Assembly: GCA_044226015.1 (NCBI GenBank)
Contig: JBGAHS010000001.1
Coordinates: 1,216,001-1,280,000, forward strand
Length of the DNA: 64,000 nucleotides
Source of the DNA: Candidatus Obscuribacteraceae bacterium
Lineage (GTDB): Bacteria > Cyanobacteriota > Vampirovibrionia > Obscuribacterales > Obscuribacteraceae
Direction: 5' to 3'
Each line of letters opens with the position of its first letter. Positions within the stretch are counted from its first letter, which is position 1. A model generated the notes under the pieces. The model was not told the origin of the DNA, did no database searches, and was given only the letters and a program-made list of their open reading frames with translations. Positions 50,935-59,700 of the stretch are shown piece by piece. Both the position numbers and the translations under genes were made by a program.

Positions 50935-51954
50935 TTAGGGGCTGGCTGCATTTCCTGGAATTTCATCGGGGGTAGCTGGTCTGACGGATCCGTCAGGAAA
51001 TTGCGTGTGTGGTGTCGGAACATATTGTCCTGTTTCTTTATCATAATGTGGTCCACCCGTTAAATCGGTATGTTGCTGTTCGTCGAATCCAGATGGGTTT
51101 TGCGGGTTTTCAGTCCATGTTGCAGTGTGAGTTGTTTGCCCAGCAGCATTTGTCGACCAGGTGGAGTGCGGTCCAGCAGCTCCAGGCACAGGCCTAAGCC
51201 TGGGAGGTCTGGAACAAACAAAATTGGGGACCAGCTGACCAGCAAGATTACTCAGTCCTCCTGCAAAACCTCCTAATGCACCTAATCCAAGCCCGCCTAG
51301 TCCTGCGCCAGGTAGGGCTAGGACGCCCCCAGCCTCTATAGATATGGCGCCGCCAACTATCCCCCCGCCAAGCATGCCTGCTTCCATACCTGCTATGGCG
51401 CCAGAGTTAGCTGCCTGTCTAACCTGCGCCCAATCAACTAAACCAGTATGATCCGAATATCGGATTGGATTTCCACCAACATAAGCATAAAGATTGGTTC
51501 CGCCTGTTATGCCGATGGGATCTCTGTTGATCCATCGACCAATTGATGAGGAATACATTCGGAATAGTGCCATGTTCAATCCAGACCACTTATGGGCGTA
51601 ATAACTGGCGTACTGGAAATCGGCATCACCACTACCGGCAATTTTTGTGACTACCCCGTAAGGTCCATAACCGTACTGCGCAACGATTGCACCAGAGGAA
51701 TCAGTCATTTCCCTTATGGAGCCCAAGTGGTCTCGCGTGTAAGGGAAGCTAGCAGGAGTTCCGCTGGTGAAATTTACTTGTCCCATTGCAAGAAACTGCT
51801 TCCCATTGCTCAGGCTGCCGGATGCATCCCTTTCTTCGCAACGAGTTTGCTCGCACCACAAATGTTGCTTCGTCGAAGTGACACTGCCAGCAGTGCGCTC
51901 CTCAATTTTTGCAGCGCGCGAAAGTGCATCATACGAAAATTGGGTGATGTTTCC
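50935..51954 (-). CDS. Silent Rhs cassette 12, polymorphic toxin type 24 (Ntox24)-like tip
   Basis: GPHST..NPQNPSGFDE..DLTGGPHYDKETGQYVPTPH..VRPATPDEIP, followed by Imm53. Confidence 0.85.
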   Translation of the reverse strand, partial: GNITQFSYDALSRAAKIEERTAGSVTSTKQHLWCEQTRCEERDASGSLSNGKQFLAMGQVNFTSGTPASFPYTRDHLGSIREMTDSSGAIVAQYGYGPYGVVTKIAGSGDADFQYASYYAHKWSGLNMALFRMYSSSIGRWINRDPIGITGGTNLYAYVGGNPIRYSDHTGLVDWAQVRQAANSGAIAGMEAGMLGGGIVGGAISIEAGGVLALPGAGLGGLGLGALGGFAGGLSNLAGQLVPNFVCSRPPRLRPVPGAAGPHSTWSTNAAGQTTHTATWTENPQNPSGFDEQQHTDLTGGPHYDKETGQYVPTPHTQFPDGSVRPATPDEIPGNAASP

Positions 51955-52315
51955 TGGGTGGATTTTTTGAACGATAGATTCATCTTTAGAAAAGATGAGT
52001 CGTGATCCAAGAAGCTTTGGATTGACACCATTCAAGGTGCCCATGGACAAGGCTTAATCTCTCCGCCGCTCGCAGCGTTTTCGCCTATCCAGAGCGTAAA
52101 GCTCTCCCCGCGACACTTGTTGGTTAAAACACCGCGCTGCTTATAGTAGTCCGCAAAAATTCTTCTATAACGAGCGGCTGAAGCACGGCGACCAGGATCG
52201 CTTTGCCCCGTGACTCCGGAAGTGGTACTCGACTAACTCGCGCTTCACCGGAGTGATACTATTCGCGGTGCGTGGCCGAATTCTTGAAGACGGAGAAATG
52301 CTTGAGGAATAGCTT

Positions 52316-53155
52316 GTGGATCACGAATTCCGCACTTTCTATGCGTTGAGGGACTATTTTGATTTGGAACAATTTTCAGTCTGTAATTCCTCCTGTCCAT
52401 TTACACAGAGACGTTTTATAATAGGATTGTGTAGGGATTTGCCTTGTTTTGGACCATTGCACGTGAGGTACGATATGGATGATGATTTCACCGTTATGCA
52501 AATTGGTTTGAATCTGTCTTTGGCTAAAGCTAGAGCTATGAAGAACACTTTAAGTGGAACAGCCTGCGCCGAGGAGCTTGAAAAAAGACTTATGTTGGCA
52601 GGCTTTTTTGAAAATAGATCGGTTCGTGATGAGCGGTTTCTGGAAGAATTTGCTGCTCAACTAATATTTTTGATCGAGAACTATCCAACTCGGAAGATTC
52701 ATCAGTTTCTATTTTTCTCTCATTGCTCGACGGCGTACAACAAAGTAAAACGACGCTGGATGAATGTCGTAAATTCAAATCCTAACAACTTAGAAGTACT
52801 CGATAACGCTGCTAGTTTTTGCAGCTTATGGAGTCCTAGAACTGCTGAAAAAATTTATCTTCAGGCCGAATCAATCGATAGCAATAATCCTCACTGGGCG
52901 TTCGCCCTAGCTGAGTTTTATTTGCGACATGCGAAGTGCAAAATAAGTCAACGAGATCCTTTGCTTAACAAAGCAGTGAATACACTAGAGCGCCTATTCT
53001 CAATTTTAGAGGAGCGAGGATGCGAAAATTTTAGACTTGGATCTCTCAATACGATGCTGCATGAGCTTGAGAGCTACTCAAATCGTGCAAGTCTGTCCCA
53101 CAGAATATTCCTTTTAACAAACAGGCTCACTTCACTTAAATCCAGAACAAGTTAA
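52316..53155 (+). CDS. TPR-like protein convergent with cassette 13
   Basis: WMNVVNSNPNNLEVLDNAASF..DSNNPHWAFALAEFY. Confidence 0.6.
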   Translation: MDHEFRTFYALRDYFDLEQFSVCNSSCPFTQRRFIIGLCRDLPCFGPLHVRYDMDDDFTVMQIGLNLSLAKARAMKNTLSGTACAEELEKRLMLAGFFENRSVRDERFLEEFAAQLIFLIENYPTRKIHQFLFFSHCSTAYNKVKRRWMNVVNSNPNNLEVLDNAASFCSLWSPRTAEKIYLQAESIDSNNPHWAFALAEFYLRHAKCKISQRDPLLNKAVNTLERLFSILEERGCENFRLGSLNTMLHELESYSNRASLSHRIFLLTNRLTSLKSRTS

Positions 53156-53297
53156 TCAGCTGAAACTGTATGAGCAGGTACGCTACTGCTCACACAGCCA
53201 GCGCAATGGTGCATTTGTCATTTCTGAGCGTGAGGAGTCTCAATATTCTCCAATAAAGTTCGCCTTGCTCTACAAAATAGACAGGAGTCCAATATCT

Positions 53298-54156
53298 TCA
53301 GTGCCATCTGATACCGAACTCTCGAAAAATGTCGTACCATGGAGGATTGGCAAAAACAAACCCCTGAGATACAGTCAAAACGCAATCCTTGTATACCCCC
53401 GAGCATTTTGAGATGCAAGTGTCATATTGTTCCTTATCGATACAGCCACTGTCGAAAAGCTCCCGACATAGGTTTATGCATTTATCCCTATTGGTTAGAC
53501 AGCAAACTCTCGTACTACAGTTCGTAAATCGATCAGGGCGTCTAAATGCTCGAGCAGAGGAAATCGAGAACGAAACGGAGGTGCTACAGGCACCGGAAGT
53601 ACAAGCAGGCGTTGGGCTTCCAATTGAACCCAAAAGTCCCATTGAATCAACTTCTTCAATTGGTTCATTTTCTGCATAACAGTAAAGATTTGCTCCTCCG
53701 TTTTCAGCAATCGGGTCCCGATTGAAAAAACGACCGAAATCAGAATGATAATTTTCTGAAAACTAATAAATTCAGTGTAGTCCTTGGATGCAGGTAATAA
53801 CCTGCATACTGAAAATCTGCATCTGAGCTTCCAGCGACTTTGATAACTGTTCCGTATGGAGCATAGCTATACTGGGCTTCTATTGTCATGCCACTCACGC
53901 TCGATTGCGTCATTTCGCGCACAGAGCCTATATGATCGGCAGTATAAAAGAGGCTTGTTGGGGTAGCGCTGATGAAATTGGCCTGACCAAGTCCCAAAAA
54001 TTGTTTACCATTGCTCAAGCTGCCAGACGCATCTCTTTCCTCGCATCTCGCAGAGTCGCACCACAGGTGTTGCTTCGTCGAAGTAACACCTGTGGTGCGC
54101 TCTTCGATTTTTGTGGCGCGCGAAAGTGCATCATACGAAAATTGGGTGATGTTTCC
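53298..54156 (-). pseudogene. Rhs cassette 13, frameshifted near 53745, Cys-rich tip
   Basis: Site, core split across frames, tip with 11 Cys. Confidence 0.82.
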
Positions 54157-54307
54157 GGTCGGATTTGATTGGATTTTAGAGGTCTTTAATCACCATTTTT
54201 TTTTCGAAACTCCATTGCGGTTAGACTGGGTGACGAAACTGAACCACCAAATCCTATTCGAATTGAACCACCACTGGTAAGGGCACCATCACCGCTATCC
54301 CATTGCT

Positions 54308-54634
54308 TTAGTGACCGCCGAAGATTGCTTCATACCAAAATTTATTCTCATCTCTAAACCATGACTTGTTTTCGTCGGTACACAGACCAGACAGCGATTG
54401 CATTTCCGTTGAATAACGGAACATAAGTCCAATCAGGTTTCTCAGGCTGTCATCATCTAAGGTGTTTTCTTCTAACTGAAGTTCAACTTGATTGGGCACG
54501 CCCTGTAGCGGCTTTCCCGGAAGAACAGAAATCGATTTTACACCCCTAAGCTGCTTTAATCCGTGGAAAAAAAGCTCTTCGTCAAGTTGAGAGAACCACC
54601 TCAAGGGCTCAGGAACGCTAAGGACATAACTCAT
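54308..54634 (-). CDS. Putative immunity protein of cassette 14
   Basis: FSQLDEELFF..SLRNLIGLMFRY..ENKSWFRD..FWYEAIFG; 2 bp after the tip stop. Confidence 0.78.
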   Translation of the reverse strand: MSYVLSVPEPLRWFSQLDEELFFHGLKQLRGVKSISVLPGKPLQGVPNQVELQLEENTLDDDSLRNLIGLMFRYSTEMQSLSGLCTDENKSWFRDENKFWYEAIFGGH

Positions 54635-54636
54635 AA

Positions 54637-55683
54637 TTATCTCCGAACACCATTAGGATAAACGTTAGTATAACCACCACCGGGTTCTTGCACATCCCAA
54701 TGAGGTCCGCCATGAGCATTAGGAGATCCTTCTGGTCCAGTCGGTACCCAAACATTGCCGCTTGCATCTTCCCAGCCGTAGCCTGACCCATTGGGATTTT
54801 TTACCCAGTTTGGACCACCTTTGGGCTCTTCGTACCCAGTCGCTGGATGATTCGCTGGATTACCAGGAGCTTTTGGACCATTAGGATCGTGTGCATTGTC
54901 AGGTGGCTTCATGCAGAGGGTGTTCGGCAAAATACCTTGCGCTGGCTTGTAGCCAGCTAGTTGTCCAGCCAAATTGCTAAGTCCTCCAGCGAAGCCGCCT
55001 ACAGCACCAAGACCTAATCCCCCCAACCCAGCTCCTGGGAACGCCAAGATCCCACCTGCTTCGATTGAGATTGCACCTCCTGCAATACCGCCAGCAACCA
55101 TACCGGCCTCGATTCCTGCAACGGCCCCTTGGTTGGCAGCTGATTGGACTTGCCCCCAGTCAATCAAACCAGTTGGATCTCGCCGTGAAATCGGATTGCT
55201 CCCTGCGTAAGCATAGAGATTCGAACCACCTGCAATTCCAATGGGGTCCCTGTTAACGAACCGCCCACGAGTGGGCAGGTAAGCTCTGTAAGAGGGCAAC
55301 AGTAAACCGCTCCTGGGGTGAGCATAATAACCCGCGTACTGCATGTCGGCATCACCACTCCCCTGGGTCTTGGTTACTTCACCATATGAAGAATAGCCAT
55401 ACTGGGCAACGATAGCGCCAGCGCCATCAGTCATCTCCCTGATACTGCCAGGCGGATCATCCTTGGTGTAGTAGTAGCTAGTGCCACTACCACTTGTGAA
55501 GTTCCTTTGCCCCAAGGTGAAGAATTGCTTTCCATTGCTCAAGCTCCCCGACGCATCTCTTTCCTCACACCTTTGCGTCCCGCACCAAAGATGTTGCTTC
55601 GTCGAAGTGACACTGCCTGCAGTGCGCTCTTCAATCTTCGTGGCGCGCGAGAGTGCATCATACGAAAATTGGGTGATGTTTCC
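54637..55683 (-). CDS. Silent Rhs cassette 14, polymorphic toxin type 37 (Ntox37)-like tip
   Basis: DPNGPKAPG..WVKNPNG.GYGWEDASGNVWVPTG..AHGGPHWDVQ.PGGGYTNVYP. Confidence 0.87.
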   Translation of the reverse strand, partial: GNITQFSYDALSRATKIEERTAGSVTSTKQHLWCGTQRCEERDASGSLSNGKQFFTLGQRNFTSGSGTSYYYTKDDPPGSIREMTDGAGAIVAQYGYSSYGEVTKTQGSGDADMQYAGYYAHPRSGLLLPSYRAYLPTRGRFVNRDPIGIAGGSNLYAYAGSNPISRRDPTGLIDWGQVQSAANQGAVAGIEAGMVAGGIAGGAISIEAGGILAFPGAGLGGLGLGAVGGFAGGLSNLAGQLAGYKPAQGILPNTLCMKPPDNAHDPNGPKAPGNPANHPATGYEEPKGGPNWVKNPNGSGYGWEDASGNVWVPTGPEGSPNAHGGPHWDVQEPGGGYTNVYPNGVRR

Positions 55684-56108
55684 AGTGCGTGAGGACTTGA
55701 TCTCGCTGATGAAATGAGGTCAATGCACTAAGCAAAAGTCGGAACATGTGCCGTGCTGCAAAAGAAAAATGATCTGGTGCTAGCGGGTGCTTGACTGTTA
55801 TCTTGCAGGTTCCTTAGGTGTCTGATCACTTTTAATTCTTAATTCAGCTTAGTCTGCTGCTTTGCAGATACGCCTCAAACACAATTATTTTTTTTGCGCG
55901 TAGCCGCATCCTCGGTTCTTTCAGGTTGTCCTAACAAACCTTGTCTATTACTCTATTACTAGAGCATGGAAATCATTTCTTCCTCGTTCAGTCTATAGTT
56001 CTTTGATCCTTGCGTACGCAGACGCAATTCGACGACTTTTGAAACACGCATAGCATGCCTATAGTCAACAGTGATAAGCAAAAAATCTCTGAAGCTTTGC
56101 TACAAGAG
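55658..56108 (-). repeat. 451-bp inverted repeat, left copy (leader + site)
   Basis: Reverse complement of 63436-63886; no mismatch seen in the stretches compared. Confidence 0.95.
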
Positions 56109-56367
56109 CCAGGTCTTTTACTTCAGCTTGAGTCAAATTCTAGAGCTCTTCGATCAAGATCTGTATGTTTAATCGGTGCCAAATTTTTTAGCCGAAAATG
56201 GTGTTTGAAGAGATATGCGGTTTGAAATAGGCGAAAACAACGGTCAGATGGTTCAAAGTCAAAGATAGCTGAGAACAGTCCTTTTCGGCTATCTTTATGT
56301 AGAGACAGAGGTTAATGGCTCTAATCTTTGCAAAGAAATTCTTTCTATAGGGAGAAGGGTGACATTG

Positions 56368-56790
56368 TCATAAAGCCACTCTGATAAATACTTTCTGATT
56401 CATCCTATCAACCAATTCACATGCGGATTTGAGATCAGTAAGTATTGTCAGAACTGATTTGTCAGTATAGTTACGAGCTATTACAGGATCGTATTTCTTC
56501 CATTGCTTGACCAAACTTTTTAACTCTTCCTTACTAGCTCTCCATAGAAAGTTGACCACGTCGGCAGGTATTTGGTATAGCCAAACGGTCTCCGCAACCG
56601 AAGTGTATAAGATCGGAATTGCATCCTCGTCATACTTAGTGCGAGTTACGATGGATAACAGGCTAGCCACGTTCGCTGGCATTAAATCGGGGATCAGTAA
56701 TTCCCCTTCTTTCTCAGAAAAGCCAGGGTGCTCACACCTCCGCTTAGCAGAAGCAAGTGTTCCGACAAGTATGTGTGTCATAATGCCCAA
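56368..56790 (-). CDS. Hypothetical, probably an orphan immunity protein
   Basis: MGIMTHILVGT..VWLYQIPADVV..W..LTDLKSACEL..VFIRVAL reads as a compact natural protein; head-to-head with the Rhs body. Confidence 0.6.
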   Translation of the reverse strand: MGIMTHILVGTLASAKRRCEHPGFSEKEGELLIPDLMPANVASLLSIVTRTKYDEDAIPILYTSVAETVWLYQIPADVVNFLWRASKEELKSLVKQWKKYDPVIARNYTDKSVLTILTDLKSACELVDRMNQKVFIRVAL

Positions 56791-59700
56791 AATAGAAGAC
56801 CCAACCTTCGATACTGATGGTACAAAGTGGATCACCGCAGCCGCACTCAACTCTGAGACCGACGGCTATTTCATGATTCCGTCAGATCAAATGAGCGCTG
56901 CGTGGACTTTGCTTGATGCTGACCAGGCAAAAGCAATTTGGGGAAAGGGTTACGCTCTGCTTCCTCAACAATTCAAAACACCAAATTGCCCCAAATCACC
57001 TTGTACAACAGGCTGCAGTTGCCCAGTAAATGGGATGCCGAAAGCTTCAGCTTTTTCTATGAATGCCACACTCAATATTGTGGATACGCCGCTGTCTTAT
57101 TCGCCACCAATTGGTCCAGACATGGGCGTGGTCGTTAATTACAATTACAACGAAGCTGAGCAACCCTCAAATTTCACCTTCACAAATCTTGGGCATAACT
57201 GGAGCCTGAATTGGCTCTCTTATCTCACTATTGATAGCACTGACCCCATTCATCGAATAGTGAAAGTGAGAGTTAGAGGCGGCGGTTATGAGCAGTACAC
57301 CGAGCCATTTGGGAACAGAAATCCTTATTCTCTTGCGATTATTGCAGAAGTAAACAATGCAGGAGTAATAAGTTGGGAACGACGGATGCCTGACGGAAGC
57401 GTCGAAAAATACGAAAGAAAAAATGCTGCCGGAGACACCTTCTTTCTTACCCAGGTTGTTGACCCTCAGAACAACGCAGCCGTTCTGTCTTACTCATCCA
57501 ACACAGTTACAGATCCAGGCTATTTCCGCCTGGCTTCAATTACTGATGCCTGTGGCAACTCTCCGATGACGGTGACATACGATTCAAACAGTTCAACAGA
57601 CCCCGGCTATTACAAGGTTACCAGCGTTGCCGATGGCTTTGGCCGCTCTGCCAGCTTTGCATACAGCTCTGACAAAAGCCAATTGCTCAGCATTACCGAT
57701 GCGGTTGGAAACCAGTCAAAATTTTCCTATCAGACTGACACGGACTCAACCTTTATAAACCTTATGGTCACGCCCTACGGATCTACTGGATTCTATCGGT
57801 ACACACCAGCGGGTGCGACGGGAGCCGTGCCGGAAGGAATGACGTTCACACTACCAGATGGTTCAAGCACACGAATTGAAAATTGGTTGGGCGAACTCAA
57901 ATATACTTATTTTTGGGATAGAGAAGCCTCTGAGATGTATCCGGACGATGCATTCAACAATGTCTACACGCACTGTCAGACTACTCGCTGGCTGTACACA
58001 CCTAATTCCGTTCAGACATCTATCCCTAGTTGGACCAGAAAGCCACTGGAAGCACCCGTAAGCTATTACTTTCCGGGTCAGACTGGCTGGAACCAAATTT
58101 CTGGTGGATTTGTGCGTGTCCAGCAGATGTCGCAACAACTGGTTCCCATTAAGAACACGATAACTATTGGCGGAACAATTACCGCAGGAAATATCATCAA
58201 GGTAGAACTCGATGATCTTGGTCTCCCCGAGGGACTTACACAGGTTTCTTACACGGTTGTTGCGGGAGACACGACAAGCACAATAGCTGCGGGGTTGGTT
58301 CAGAGTATAAACAATTCGACGCCCTTGCAAGCCTTTGGAATCACCGCCACTTCCGTGGGCAACGTAGTGACAGTTAGTTCCCTTACACCAAATGACTTTG
58401 ATAGCAGCAAATTTGTTAATAAGTCAGGAGCGGTAACTGAGACTTTGACTTTTACCACTGGAACCAATCGAGTTCAGAACTTCACTTGTAGTGGAACCGC
58501 TACGGCGGGGCAAGTCTACGCGATAACAGTCACTGACTCCACCTTGCCTGGTGGTTCACAAACTATTAGCTACACCGTTCAAACTGGAGATAGCAACGCC
58601 GATATAGCTCAAGCGCTGTCACTTGGCGTAAATGCAAATGCAAACCTTCAAGCTTCGAAGATTTCGTCTGCATGGAGTAGTGCCTTCTATATTGGAGTTG
58701 GACAAACACCTTCAAGTACAGCCAACCCTGTGATTGGTGTTCAGACAAATTCAACCAGCAGCACCACGTATTCTGGCACCGTTAATGGTGCTGCAAGCGC
58801 TAACTTTAGCAGTGCAACCAGTGCTCATGGTCTAGTTAAGGCAAATTACAACCTCTACACTGACGTTGGCAATCCGAACCCTACTGCGATAATCGATCAA
58901 TTAGGAAGACGACTAGACATCACTTATGCGGCAAACGACATTGACGTAATCAAGGTCCTCGAAAATGCGGCGCTGCATTCAAGCCTGGTTGGCTATTGGA
59001 CGTATGGAACCGTTCCACATAAGCCGACCGCTGCCTACGATTCATCACTGCAGCACACTCTCTACACCTACCAGAGTAACGGCGAGCTGGCTACCGTAAC
59101 AGACCGAAACGGAGCCACCACAACCTACAATTACAACGCCAACAGTTATCTCAGCTCCATCGATGGACCATTAAGTGGCAACCAGGACGTGACTACATTC
59201 TCCTTCTACGGGTATGGTCTGCCAAGCTCAATCACAGACTCTGAAGGCTACACGCTCAACTTCTCTTACGACGGTTTGAACCGTTTAACCAGCACTGCGT
59301 TTCCTGATGGCACCACAGAAGACACCAGATATAATCGGCTCGATGCTGTAATGATGTCTGACCGTATTGGCCGGTGGACTCAGCGAACCTACGACAGCAT
59401 GCAGAATTTGGTCTCCGAGGTTGACCCGCTTGGACGACAAACGAAGTATTGTTGGTGCCATTGTGGTGGTCTGGCATCATTGACTGACCCTGCAGGCAAT
59501 ACCACAAAATGGCATCATGACCTGGAAGGTCGCGTTATTCAGAAGGAATACGCTGATGGTTCTCATTACGACTACGTCTATGAAACCACAAACAGCAGAA
59601 TCGCTTCAATTTCTGATGCCATTCAGCCGACTCCGCAAAGCACCATTTTCACCTACAACCTGAATGATTCTGTTGCCGTCAAGCGCTATGCCAATGCCGT

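Noticed and set aside
23445..55683. CRISPR array formed by the repeated 26-bp site
   Set aside because: Copies are 1.3-8 kb apart, lie in coding frame, and no cas genes are present
21696..55683. Integron cassette array
   Set aside because: No attC-like GTTRRRY/RYYYAAC hairpins recognised at cassette ends and no IntI; the boundary site is inside the Rhs reading frame
25110..55717. Recurring short ORFs with RESASYENWVMFP or TSPNFRMMHFRAP as a conserved small-protein family
   Set aside because: These are antisense or shifted-frame translations of the conserved cassette start
56507..56782. N-terminal 92 codons of the 2057-aa ORF as real protein
   Set aside because: They are the antisense of a more protein-like minus-strand gene; Rhs-type sequence begins near 56792
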